From Dokdonia sp. (GTDB lineage Bacteria; Bacteroidota; Bacteroidia; Flavobacteriales; Flavobacteriaceae), in NCBI RefSeq assembly GCF_039945015.1, contig NZ_JBDUXP010000021.1, positions 77,951-109,950 on the forward strand: a stretch of 32,000 bases of DNA. Direction: 5' to 3'. Position numbers and translations under genes: made by a program. Shown here piece after piece: positions 1 through 13,300 of the stretch. The notes beneath the pieces were generated by a model. The model was not told where the DNA came from and ran no database searches. It saw only the letters and a program-made list of their open reading frames with translations. Position 1 is the stretch's first letter; every line of letters starts with the position of its first letter.

Positions 1-512
1 GTGACATTACTAAACGCGCTGTAAAATCAAAAATAGAAACTGAAAAACAAACTAATACAGATACCAAAGTAGATAAAGTAAATGAGTCTAAAACAATCAC
101 AGAGCGTAAGGTAGAAGGAGGTAATATACGTACACAAATTATTCCTGAAAAAGATCGTGAACGTGATGATACTGGAGCGATAAAAGAATTAGTACAAGAA
201 ATTAAAGAAGGAGGTCTTACTAAAACTGTTATTTACAAACAAGATGGTAGTGTAGATGTAGACTGTAGACTTGCTGAAATGTTTGAACGCATCGAGCAGG
301 AAAACGTAGAGCGTGATAACTCAATTATTACCATAGTAGAGAATTTAGAAGAGCAAATAAAAAGTAAAGACTCAGAAAAAACAGAGAAGGTAAACACCTC
401 TTTTATATGGGCAGGTATGATAGGGATCTTATTGGTATTTATAACAGCTCTTTTTCTTTTTTATAAACTTATCAATAAGCGTTTTGCAACAATAGAATCA
501 AGAATAGCTTAA
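1..512 (+). CDS. C-terminal part of a hypothetical K/E-rich protein with a C-terminal membrane anchor (5' end outside the window)
   Basis: Frame 3 is open from nt 3 to the TAA at 510-512, so the 77-aa ORF in the track is only the tail of a longer CDS. The body is charged and low-complexity, followed by one hydrophobic helix (FIWAGMIGILLVFITALFLFY). No family recognised. Confidence 0.5.
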   Translation, partial: DITKRAVKSKIETEKQTNTDTKVDKVNESKTITERKVEGGNIRTQIIPEKDRERDDTGAIKELVQEIKEGGLTKTVIYKQDGSVDVDCRLAEMFERIEQENVERDNSIITIVENLEEQIKSKDSEKTEKVNTSFIWAGMIGILLVFITALFLFYKLINKRFATIESRIA

Positions 513-613
513 TGTCAAAAACAAATCATCATATCAATATAGTTAAGATGATCATTTGTTTATTACTAGCAATTTTGTTGTTTGTGATTTTGCTTATGAC
601 TCCAATGAGATAA
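512..613 (+). CDS. Possible 33-aa single-pass membrane micro-protein (MSKTNHHINIVKMIICLLLAILLFVILLMTPMR)
   Basis: Its ATG overlaps the upstream stop (TAATG at 510-514), suggesting translational coupling. It has a hydrophobic core of about 17 residues. It falls below the ORF-track length cutoff, and the only support is the coupling and hydrophobicity. Confidence 0.3.
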   Translation: MSKTNHHINIVKMIICLLLAILLFVILLMTPMR

Positions 614-640
614 TTGAAACAGTAACAGAGATATATTATT

Positions 641-3157
641 ATGACTACCAGAGATGAATTTTATGGACTTAATGGAGCGACAGTAACTAAGGAATATTTA
701 GAAACTCTTTCTGGTCGTTTATATAAAGATCAAGCCTATGATGAAGCTAGAAGGGCAGCATACACAGCTTCTATTATGGGTGATGATGAAGTAGAGATCG
801 AGATCAGACCCCAAGGACTTGCTGGTCCTTCCCAAAATGATCTTTTAAAAAAAGCACTTAATGATTGTGGTAGACTTAAACCTGGATATAAATTTTTAAA
901 AGGAGGTAGGATTGTATATGTACTTAGAAGGCTTCACAAAAAAGGAGGTTTTGTATGGTTAACACAAGATTATAAAGGTCATGTTAAAGGGAAAAGGGGT
1001 AAAGTGACGGAGTACGCAACATCAGCCATCCACAATTATGTATATGTTATATGTTTTGAAGATGAAACAAGCGAAGAAATACCAGAAAAACATCTAATTT
1101 CTTTTAAGAAAAAACCTAAAGATTATAGAGAACATAAAACAAATATTAGTTCAGGACTTAAAGGGTTTAACACTTCATTACTTCCAAATGATGATCCAAA
1201 TGATTTTTATGGTTTGTCTTATGTCCCTTATTATTTGGATAATGAAGAGATAGGACTTGCAAAAGGGGTTTCTCCAGATGAGATATATGAGTATATTACA
1301 AAGATCATTATTGAAACTATAGAGGTTTCAGGTCATTTACCATGGCAGCGTAGTTGGGATAAAGGGATTACCATTTGGGATGGGAAACAAGCTGTAAACT
1401 ATGATAGCAAAAAACCATATCGAGGGATTAATTATTGGTTTACAAATTTTAAAATTGTCTTAGAAAAAGGAAAACGAAAATTAGTGCCTAGAGATTTGAC
1501 TAATCCTTATTTTCTTACGTTTAATCAAATTAAAAAACACAAAGGAACTCTTAAAAAAGATAGTAAAGGAATACGTGTATTTTACTTTACTAAGCTATAT
1601 ACGCATACTGAGGAATTACCTGGAGGTAAAAAACTTTCTATTAGTACTTATGACAAAAAGAAATACTTATCATGGCTTAAAAAGAATCAAGCCAAAATAA
1701 AGACATCTTCTATTGAAAGATTGGCCAATAGTTATATTCCTATTTTAAAATATTACAATGTTTTTCATGGAGCCGATGTTACTGGTATAAAATGGGACGC
1801 GTTTAAAGAAAACAAAAACCCTAAACTCCCTACAAAGGAACGGATCCAGATTGCTGAAAACATTATAAAGAAAATGCCTAATGTTCCTGAGATTCTTTTT
1901 CAAGGAAATCAACCAGCATATTACCCTTCTTTTGATCACGTCCGGATGACTCCTATAGAAGCTTTTAAGAGTGAGCAAGAATACTATGCAACCTTATTTC
2001 ATGAGCTGATACATAGTACGGGGCATACTTCAAGATTAAATAGATTTACAGGAGTAAAAAGTACTAAAAAAGAATATGCTTTTGAAGAATTAATTGCCGA
2101 GATGGGCGCTGTGTTCTTGTGTGCTGAGAGTGGTATTTTGTTTTCTGTGATTAATAATAGCGCTTCCTATCTGGCTGGATGGAATAAGAGGCTTGTAGGG
2201 AAACTTAAAAAAGACAACCGCTACTTTTTTAGAGCTTCTAGTAAAGCACAAGCTGCTACAGATTATATCTTGTATAGAGACAAAGAAGGTGTACCGGCAT
2301 ATTTGAAAGTCAAACCTAAAAAAAATATTCAGAAACCTACTCCTACAAAAAATAAATCTAAACAATTACAACTAGGGCTAAAAGGAGAGAAAACACAATT
2401 CATTAAAAAAAACAAAACTATTATAAGTAATAATATTGAGGGTTTACGATCTATGAGTGAAAAACCTCAAAAGTCCCCACTTTGGGAGATAGCAGGGGAA
2501 ACGGGTAAATTTTTAGGTAATGTAGAACGTAAGAATAAAGAGAGTGTTGTTGTAATTTTAAGTACACCCAAAGGAACTGGCAAAACTACAAGTGCATATA
2601 AATGGATCAATGACTTTGCGTTAAATGATGATGTTCTTTTTGCTTCACTAGAAGAACACCAAGAAAGTAATCTAGCTACAGATAAAGAAGATAAGTACAT
2701 TGAAGAAAGTAGGAAATCTAGGATTAGAACAACTTCAGATATCCCTAATAAACAGGTCCTTTATGATTGGATAGAATTGCATGATGTGATCATTTTTGAC
2801 AGTTGGCAGAAATTGATTGCAATTTTGGGTAAGCTTGATCTTGATCTTGATTTTAGAAAGCGTTTTAATGGGAAGATATTTGTCTTTATTGTTCAACAAA
2901 CGGTTGACGGAAAAGTAAAAGGGGGTGCCTCTCTTAGTTTTGATGGAGATATCATTGTTATGGGATGTAAAGGGGAATCTTTTAAAGACAATTACCTATA
3001 CTTTGATAAGAATAGATACACTAGAATTGATCTTGATAAAATAAGATACAATATAGAGAGTCATAAGACATTTAATCCCAAAGAGCCTAAAACAGCAAAT
3101 AATAGAGACACACAACCTCCAGTGCAATCAAAAGACAGTTGGTTATCGGTATCATAA
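641..3157 (+). CDS. ArdC-like ssDNA-binding/zincin metalloprotease fused to a C-terminal RecA/RadA-like P-loop ATPase; the first ~220 aa are unassigned
   Basis: ArdC N-domain signature: HLPWQRSWD...YRGINYW...LTFNQIKKHKGTLKKDSKG (aa ~230-320). Zincin motif: HELIHSTGHTSRLNR plus YAFEELIAEMGAVFLC (aa 454-495). Walker A: STPKGTGKTT (aa 641-650). Walker B-like: VIIFD (716-720). The RadA/Sms-like tail QQTVDGKVKGGASLSFDGDIIV...FDKNRY resembles the HVTKEG..AGP..LEH.VD / KNRFG region. Confidence 0.8.
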   Translation: MTTRDEFYGLNGATVTKEYLETLSGRLYKDQAYDEARRAAYTASIMGDDEVEIEIRPQGLAGPSQNDLLKKALNDCGRLKPGYKFLKGGRIVYVLRRLHKKGGFVWLTQDYKGHVKGKRGKVTEYATSAIHNYVYVICFEDETSEEIPEKHLISFKKKPKDYREHKTNISSGLKGFNTSLLPNDDPNDFYGLSYVPYYLDNEEIGLAKGVSPDEIYEYITKIIIETIEVSGHLPWQRSWDKGITIWDGKQAVNYDSKKPYRGINYWFTNFKIVLEKGKRKLVPRDLTNPYFLTFNQIKKHKGTLKKDSKGIRVFYFTKLYTHTEELPGGKKLSISTYDKKKYLSWLKKNQAKIKTSSIERLANSYIPILKYYNVFHGADVTGIKWDAFKENKNPKLPTKERIQIAENIIKKMPNVPEILFQGNQPAYYPSFDHVRMTPIEAFKSEQEYYATLFHELIHSTGHTSRLNRFTGVKSTKKEYAFEELIAEMGAVFLCAESGILFSVINNSASYLAGWNKRLVGKLKKDNRYFFRASSKAQAATDYILYRDKEGVPAYLKVKPKKNIQKPTPTKNKSKQLQLGLKGEKTQFIKKNKTIISNNIEGLRSMSEKPQKSPLWEIAGETGKFLGNVERKNKESVVVILSTPKGTGKTTSAYKWINDFALNDDVLFASLEEHQESNLATDKEDKYIEESRKSRIRTTSDIPNKQVLYDWIELHDVIIFDSWQKLIAILGKLDLDLDFRKRFNGKIFVFIVQQTVDGKVKGGASLSFDGDIIVMGCKGESFKDNYLYFDKNRYTRIDLDKIRYNIESHKTFNPKEPKTANNRDTQPPVQSKDSWLSVS

Positions 3158-3270
3158 AACTGCTTTGATTACTGAAAGTCCCTGTGACATATTTACAGGG
3201 ACTTTAACTGAAGAAAATATTAATTAGCTGAGTTTGATTAGGGAGTTACCAGAATTAGGGATCTGGTAAC

Positions 3271-3306
3271 ATAAACCCTCGCTATATGCGAGGGTTTATT
3301 ATTTTA
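3271..3306 (+). terminator. Intrinsic-terminator-like hairpin downstream of the 838-aa CDS
   Basis: A 12-bp perfect stem (ataaaccctcgc 3271-3282 with gcgagggtttat 3288-3299) and a 5-nt loop, followed by a T-rich tail (tatttt). Confidence 0.5.
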
Positions 3307-3370
3307 AATATTAATTGATTTCTCTTTTATAATAAGAGTAAAATATCAACGATAATATCAACTAAAATAA

Positions 3371-3396
3371 AAACCCCCTGTTTTTACAGGGGGTTT
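3371..3396 (-). terminator. Intrinsic terminator for tRNA-Arg
   Basis: A 10-bp stem (aaaccccctg / cagggggttt) with a 6-nt loop. On the minus strand it lies 12 nt after the tRNA 3' end and is followed by ttttattttagt. Confidence 0.6.
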
Positions 3397-3408
3397 CGTA
3401 GTATATTG

Positions 3409-3482
3409 TGACCTCGACAGGATTCAAACCTGTAACCTCTTGAGCCGTAATCAAGTGCGCTATTCAGTTGCGCCACGAGGCC
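3409..3482 (-). tRNA. tRNA-Arg (anticodon ACG), 74 nt, CCA not encoded
   Basis: Hand-folded cloverleaf: acceptor GGCCTCG/CGAGGTC (with G2-U71), D-stem GCGC/GCGC, anticodon stem CTTGA/TCAAG, loop TTACGGC, variable loop AGGTT, T-stem ACAGG/CCTGT, discriminator A. The D-loop reads CTGAATA (GA where GG is usual) and the T-loop reads TTTGAAT (T where C56 is usual). Confidence 0.9.
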
Positions 3483-3576
3483 TTTATTATTCCAAAACAA
3501 AAAATATTTATTTGTTTGTTTCGGGGTGCAAATATATTTCTTTTTATCTTGCCAACAAACACTTTTTTATAAAAAA

Positions 3577-4089
3577 ATGAAACTTACAAACTACATACGT
3601 GATATACAGGATTTTCCGACAAAAGGAATTATTTTTAAAGACATTACTCCTTTATTAGGAGATCATAACGCTTTCGCGAAAGCTGCCCAAGAACTTTTAG
3701 AACTAGTAGGTGATGTACACATAGATAAAGTAGTAGGGGTGGAGTCTAGAGGCTTCTTTTTTGGGGGTATTCTCGCCGAAAAATTAAACGCAGGGTTTGT
3801 TCCTGTGCGCAAGCCTGGAAAACTACCTTATAAAACAGTATCACAAAGTTATGCGTTAGAATATGGTACCGACACATTAGAAATTCACGAAGATGCCATA
3901 CAACCTGGAGATAAAGTATTATTGCATGATGATGTACTTGCCACAGGAGGCACAGCAGCAGCTGTTGTACAACTTATAGAAGCCTTGGGTGGAGAAGTAG
4001 TACAATGTAACTTTTTAATCGAACTAGAGTTCTTATCTGGAAAAGATAAATTAAAAGGCCATACCATTGTAGCTGCGATTAAGTATTAA
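3577..4089 (+). CDS. apt: Adenine phosphoribosyltransferase
   Basis: MKLTNYIRDIQDFPTKGIIFKDITPLL is the typical N-terminus, and VLLHDDVLATGGTA is the PRPP-binding motif. I place the start at the second Met (3577); the 17-aa extension from 3526 is hydrophobic junk. Confidence 0.9.
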   Translation: MKLTNYIRDIQDFPTKGIIFKDITPLLGDHNAFAKAAQELLELVGDVHIDKVVGVESRGFFFGGILAEKLNAGFVPVRKPGKLPYKTVSQSYALEYGTDTLEIHEDAIQPGDKVLLHDDVLATGGTAAAVVQLIEALGGEVVQCNFLIELEFLSGKDKLKGHTIVAAIKY

Positions 4090-4151
4090 TAATACGTTGT
4101 TTGTTTAAAAATACGTAGAGAACTCCTTTTTGCTAGATAGAAAATTATAAT

Positions 4152-5447
4152 ATGCGTTACGAGAAAATTAAAAATCAATTATTTATAGATAATAGAAATC
4201 GTTTTGCTTTAGAAATGAAGCAAAATACCATCGCTATTCTCACTTCCAATGATGTTAAGCATACCAATGCAGATGACGTTATGGGGTTTGCTCAAAATGC
4301 TGATTTGTTTTACCTCTCTGGTATTGATCAAGAAGAAACAATTCTGATTGTATATCCTGATGCATATAAAAAAGAAAACAGAGAAATTCTCTTTGTAAAA
4401 GAAACCAATGAGCAGATTAAGATTTGGGACGGTGAAAAACTAACAAAAGAGCAGGCTTCAGAAATTTCAGGAGTTAAACGAGTAGAGTGGTTGCATGATT
4501 TTGAAAAAATACTACAGCTCATGGCTTTTGAAGCCGATGGATTTTATCTAGGACATAATGAGCATATTAAACGAGTAACAAAAGAACAACAAACCCAACA
4601 AGATCGAATGATCTTATGGTGTAAAGAAAAATATCCTTTACACCAATATCATAGAGTAGCAAAAATAACAAGAGCATTACGTCCAGTAAAATCAGAAATA
4701 GAGGTTGCATTGATGGAAAAAGCAGTTGCTATTAGTGCAACTTCTTTTACACGTGTATTAAAAAACTGCAAGCCTAGTATTAATGAGTACGAATTAGAAG
4801 CAGAACTAGCATATAACCTAATAAAATCTGGAGCATCTCGTCATGCCTTTAAACCTATTGTTGCTTCAGGAAAAAATGCTTGTGCTTTACATTATAACAC
4901 CAATGATGCTGTTTGTCAGGATGGAGATATGGTATTATTAGATTTTGGTGTCTGTTACGCAAATTATAATAGTGATACAACACGTTGTTTTCCTGTAAAT
5001 GGAACATTTTCTGAAAGACAAAAGGAAATATATATTTCGGTATTACATTGCTTAAAAGAAGGAAGTAAACTATTAAAACCAGGCGTTCTCCCTTCTGAAT
5101 ATGAAAAGCAAATGGCAAGCTTGGTAGAAATTCAATTAATAAAATTAGGTTTACTAAACGCAGATGAGGTTGCTAGTCAAGATCCAGAAAAACCATTGTA
5201 TAAAAAATACTTTATGCATGGTACAGCTCATCATATTGGGCTAGATGTACATGACGTAGGATTATATTCTCGACCGTTAGAAGAAGGAATGGTACTAACC
5301 TGTGAGCCAGGGATTTACATACCAGAAGAGGGGGTAGGTTGCCGATTAGAAAATGATTACCTGATCACAAATGAAGGCAATCGTAATCTAACAGAAGCAA
5401 TACCTATTGAAATAGAAGCAATAGAAGCAATCATGAATCATGGATAG
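4152..5447 (+). CDS. M24B Xaa-Pro aminopeptidase (aminopeptidase P family)
   Basis: N-terminal creatinase/AMP_N-like region plus pita-bread metal ligand motifs: LLDFG, NSDTTR, HGTAHHIGLDVHD, CEPGIY, RLEND. Confidence 0.85.
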   Translation: MRYEKIKNQLFIDNRNRFALEMKQNTIAILTSNDVKHTNADDVMGFAQNADLFYLSGIDQEETILIVYPDAYKKENREILFVKETNEQIKIWDGEKLTKEQASEISGVKRVEWLHDFEKILQLMAFEADGFYLGHNEHIKRVTKEQQTQQDRMILWCKEKYPLHQYHRVAKITRALRPVKSEIEVALMEKAVAISATSFTRVLKNCKPSINEYELEAELAYNLIKSGASRHAFKPIVASGKNACALHYNTNDAVCQDGDMVLLDFGVCYANYNSDTTRCFPVNGTFSERQKEIYISVLHCLKEGSKLLKPGVLPSEYEKQMASLVEIQLIKLGLLNADEVASQDPEKPLYKKYFMHGTAHHIGLDVHDVGLYSRPLEEGMVLTCEPGIYIPEEGVGCRLENDYLITNEGNRNLTEAIPIEIEAIEAIMNHG

Positions 5448-5452
5448 TTGAA

Positions 5453-6766
5453 TTATTTCACCCAACTATCAATGATATCGTAAATTGTTTGTTGTTTTTC
5501 TTTATTGAAATTTTTTATACGCGTAGTATGATCTCCTTTTGGTTTTACAAATTTATATAACTCACGTTTATTAGCCCCTTTATTAAGCTCTACAGCAGTA
5601 GAACTCCAAGCATCGTATTCTCCATAAATAAAGAGCATTCTTTCTGCAGTGCTATCTAAAAATGATTTTATTTCTTGCATTGGACGTGTATCATATTCTT
5701 TATAAACTCCTTCAGGAAAAGCCCATTCAAATTTGTACACTTCATCGGTTCCTATATATTTTTTAAAAGGAGCTGTTTGATATCCATAAATGCCTTGTTG
5801 TGTTAATGCTGCCCAGAAGTAGGGTTGTAGGTCATCTACCGCCTTTGTTTCAAAAAAACCATAGCCTACGACATCAATCAAGTGTTTATATATTTCTTGC
5901 GGTGTTGCATCTTTGGATGGAATATTCTTGCTGTCTGTACCCCATTGCCAGAACGCAAAGGAATATTCTAAAATGGTATAATCGATTGCTTTTTCTATTC
6001 CAAACTCCCAAGACATACCTCTTTCTTTTGCAGTGTCTTCTAAGATTTTTTTAAGTGCAGATCGATTTTCAAAACATAATTCTTGAAAATTAAAAACGCT
6101 GTCTCGTTCCTGCTGTGTACCTACATTGTTTAAAAATTCATAGACTCTTGGATCTTCCCTTTCATAATTAAGAGGCCCTACATAACATACGCAAGCATCT
6201 ACATTTTCTGGAAAAAATTTGCGATGTGCCATTGTTGTTTGACACCCTTTTGATATTCCCGTTGTGATAAATTTTGAAGTAGGGTATATGACTTCTCTTA
6301 TAGCACTTATGATATTTGCTTGATCTCTAGCTGCATTTTCTATAGTGAGTGTATTCCAAGCTATATTCTCAGGGCGAGAATTATTAAAATAACGATGCTC
6401 TATCGTTAATTGATTGGCTTTATAGTGATTTGCAAGTTCGCCAGATTTTTCTGTATAAATACCATACCCTTGTAACTCAACAAATACAGGTAATGTATCA
6501 TTCTCAAAACCTAATAATACTTTCTGTCTAAATGTTCCTTTTGATAGATCGGAATAATCAATAGGCTGTTCAAACCATAGTTCATAATTCTCGTCAAAAT
6601 GACTAACTGGCGCATTCTTTTCAATTTTCACAATGTTTTTTATTTGTGCTAACTTTTCAAAAGTTGATGCTTTTTTAATGACAACAATAGGCTGCTGCTG
6701 CGTCTTACACCCAATAATGAGTAGTGAAAAAACTAGTATTGAAAAATTGAATTTAATTTTATTCAT
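5453..6766 (-). CDS. Exported lipoprotein, S28/S37-like alpha/beta-hydrolase serine peptidase (tentative family)
   Basis: Lipobox LLIIGC. GxSxG-type nucleophile elbow GISKG. Size and overall look match Bacteroidota proteins I recall being annotated as S28/S37 aminopeptidases. The family assignment is from memory, not from an alignment. Confidence 0.5.
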   Translation of the reverse strand: MNKIKFNFSILVFSLLIIGCKTQQQPIVVIKKASTFEKLAQIKNIVKIEKNAPVSHFDENYELWFEQPIDYSDLSKGTFRQKVLLGFENDTLPVFVELQGYGIYTEKSGELANHYKANQLTIEHRYFNNSRPENIAWNTLTIENAARDQANIISAIREVIYPTSKFITTGISKGCQTTMAHRKFFPENVDACVCYVGPLNYEREDPRVYEFLNNVGTQQERDSVFNFQELCFENRSALKKILEDTAKERGMSWEFGIEKAIDYTILEYSFAFWQWGTDSKNIPSKDATPQEIYKHLIDVVGYGFFETKAVDDLQPYFWAALTQQGIYGYQTAPFKKYIGTDEVYKFEWAFPEGVYKEYDTRPMQEIKSFLDSTAERMLFIYGEYDAWSSTAVELNKGANKRELYKFVKPKGDHTTRIKNFNKEKQQTIYDIIDSWVK

Positions 6767-6808
6767 TTTTTAATATTTTAAAGAGATAGAGAAACTTAAA
6801 TTTATTGT

Positions 6809-10392
<3,584 letters not shown>

Positions 10393-13300
10393 TTAAAGTT
10401 GCATAAAATCTTCATTAAAAATCAATCCTAAATAGGAGACTAGTTCTTCAGCGTTTTCTTTAGTAAATACCATAGGCGGTTTAATTTTAAGCACATTATG
10501 GTCAGGACCATCTGTACTCATTAAAATACCGTAATCTTTCATTCGGTTTGCCAAATAATCAGTTTGAGGTGCTAAAGGGTTTTTATGGGTATCTACTAAT
10601 TCAACACCTAGAAATAAACCCTGCCCTCGTACATCACCAATGATAGGAAACTTCTTTGCTAATGAAGTTAATTCTGATTTTAAGTAGTTTCCTACTTCTA
10701 AGGCATTTTCTTGTAGTTTTTCTTGTTTTACAGTCTGTAATACTTTAGTTGCAATAGCACAAGAAACTGGATTTCCTCCAAAGGTGTTAAAGTATTCCAT
10801 ACCATTGGCAAATGTATCTGCAACTTCTTGAGTACAGGCTACAGCAGCAATTGGATGTCCATTTCCTAGAGGCTTTCCAATAGTTACAATGTCTGGAATA
10901 ACACCATGTAATTGAAACCCCCAAAATGTTTTTCCCATACGTCCACAACCTGTTTGAACTTCATCAGAAATACAAAGCCCACCTGCGTTTCTAATATATG
11001 TATAGGCTTTCGCCAAAAAACCTTTAGGGAGTTCTATTTGCCCTCCACAAGAAATAATAGGTTCTATGATAAAGGCACCTACTGTTCTTCCTTTATCTTG
11101 AATGTTTTCTATTTGAGATTGAACTTCTCCAGCATATTTTTGAGCAGCATCGTTGCCTGTGTATTTTCCTCTAAAAGTATCTGGTAATGGGAAAATATGT
11201 GTATGCTCAGGAGCACCTTTCCCGCCTTTTCCGTCAAATTTATAAGAAGAGATATCGATACACATATTAGAATTTCCATGATAACCTACTTCACTTGCAA
11301 TAATATCCCGTGATCCAGTATGAGCTTTAACCATACGAATGGCTAATTCATTAGCCTCACTTCCAGAATTTACAAAATGTAATACAGATAGTTCTGGAGG
11401 GAGTGTTTCTATGAGTTCCTTTGCTAAAGCATTAATATTCTCATGTAAATAACGAGAATTGGTATTAATAAGTGCCATTTGTTCCTGACCAGCTTTTACC
11501 ACATTATAATGCTCGTGACCTACATGTGCTACATTATTTACAGTATCTAAATATTTTTGTCCATATTGATCCATTAGGTATTGTCCTGAACCTCGAACCA
11601 TTTTTATAGGCGTATTATATTGTAGACTTAAGCTCTTACCTAGATGTTGTTTTCTATATGAAATTAAAGTATCGTTTTTTATCGTTTTTAATTGCGATAA
11701 TGCTTCAGACTTGAATAATAAATTCGGATTAGGACAAATACTTTTCCAAACATCTATTTGTCTGTAATATGCTACTCCAGGGTAGTCTTTTGTATAATCA
11801 AATAAAGAAAGTAATATCTGAAAATGTAAATGTGGTGCCCAATTTCCATTTTCCGGATGATTTCCTAGCTCAGCAATTTTAGCTCCTTTTTGGAGGGTAT
11901 CTCCAACAGTATGATTTAAAGCACCTGCAACTGTTAAGTGACCGTATAACGTATAAAAAATCAATGTATCTATTTGATGCTTTAATACAATAAGTCCTCC
12001 ATACTCTTTATCACCAGCATCATTTGCGGCAATAACAACTTGGCCATCAAAAAGTGCATGAACAGCTGTATGTTCAGGAAGCCAATAATCAACACCTAAA
12101 TGTATGGTTCTGCTTTCGCGCCCATAGTTTCCAATAGTGTCGTATTCGGTTGAGGTATAAATTGGACGCGGTTCTAAATAACCACCAGCAATAATCTTAG
12201 TAGGCATTTCTTTTTGAAGTTGATCTAACTTAAATTGGAATAGATCTAAATCATTAAAATCATGTTGATGTCCAATCCATTTGCTAGAAATGCTTAAATC
12301 TAAAGGATATACTTCTGTTTTATGAATACTTGGAAATAGATCAGATAAGGTAAACTGATTTTTAGAAGCCCATTTTTCAAATTCTTTCTGATTAGGATGT
12401 GCCTGATATCCACATGCATTTCTAAATGAAAATAATGCAAACTCTGGATGTATCTGATGCCATTTTTTAAGAACTTCCCAAGCTGGTTTTTCACTAATTA
12501 ACAAGTACTTATTATTAGGTTCTTTAATTTTATTAATAGCTGATTTGGTTACCGTAATAACCAATCGCATGGCAATGGCAGTAAATAAATGAACAAGTTC
12601 TTCTTCTTGTAATTTAAACGACAAATGATATCCTTTAATAATGGGTAATGCTGCTGCTAGCGGATCATTGTGATGCATGATAGCATAGGCACAGGTAATA
12701 GCGACATCATTTATAATTTGTGTATGGATAGCGTCGCCATAATCTATAGCAGCTTTTACTTGTGGTACTGTTAAGTCATCGGAGACAATTACATTGTTAT
12801 CATTTGCATCATTATGTACAATACTTTTTCGGAGTTGTGTATATGTAGGTTGATAGTCTTTAAATTGTCGTTGAAAACATGAAAGAATCTCTTTTTCTTC
12901 AGAAGAGAACAAATCAAAATGATTTATGGTCCATAATGATTGTGCTATATCCCAAACAAAATTACGATGTGCTTCAGGATGATCAAAACCTTGTAAAGCT
13001 CTCGTAAGTAAACCACATTGCTCTCCTAGACTAAAACGTAGATTATCTAATTGCGGGTTGACACTACTCCAAACCCTACCAGAAACCCAAGTAAGTAATC
13101 TCACTTTTCGGAAGTTACCTTGATGATCTTTTATTTCAGAAATAGCATTGTTATTGGTGTCTAAGACTACTTTTGGGGTTGTGATATTGGAATCATTCTT
13201 GGCAACATACTGTAATAGTTTTTGCTGAAAATCTAAATACTTTTCATCTTCATCAGGACGCGATATCTTTAGAATATAACGATCTTCATTGCCAACTTTA

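Larger units (their letters stand above)
1..3300. mobile_element. Right-hand end of a probable integrative, conjugative or phage-like element; the boundary is not resolved
   Basis: An ArdC-type gene is typical of conjugative or mobilisable DNA. The neighbouring ORFs are small membrane proteins of unknown family. A run of hairpins follows, then a tRNA gene. No integrase, att repeat or relaxase is visible in the window. Confidence 0.35.

Noticed and set aside
1745-2700. Three minus-strand ORFs of 77-91 aa (1745-1978, 2090-2365, 2467-2700) inside the 838-aa gene
   Set aside because: They are antisense to a CDS with clear domain motifs. Their translations are low-complexity (F/I/R/S-rich) with no motifs, which is typical of shadow ORFs in AT-rich DNA. 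The same reasoning applies to the other short antisense ORFs inside the GH2, GH63, fusion-enzyme, pepP, glyA and fahA genes.
3342-3362. Direct 9-nt repeat aatatcaac x2 (12-nt period), considered as integrase arm sites
   Set aside because: The repeat is too short and AT-rich to distinguish from chance in this composition. It is mentioned only in the boundary finding.
3526-3576. Upstream start codons extending apt (3526), the GNAT (17286) and the dehydratase (20469)
   Set aside because: The extensions add non-conserved-looking residues and create or enlarge overlaps with neighbours. Internal Met starts give canonical N-termini and tidy gene spacing.
5447-5453. Convergent pepP and peptidase genes whose stop codons are only 5 nt apart, with no terminator between them
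   Set aside because: Tight convergent junctions are common in compact bacterial genomes. Nothing beyond the spacing suggests regulated antisense transcription.
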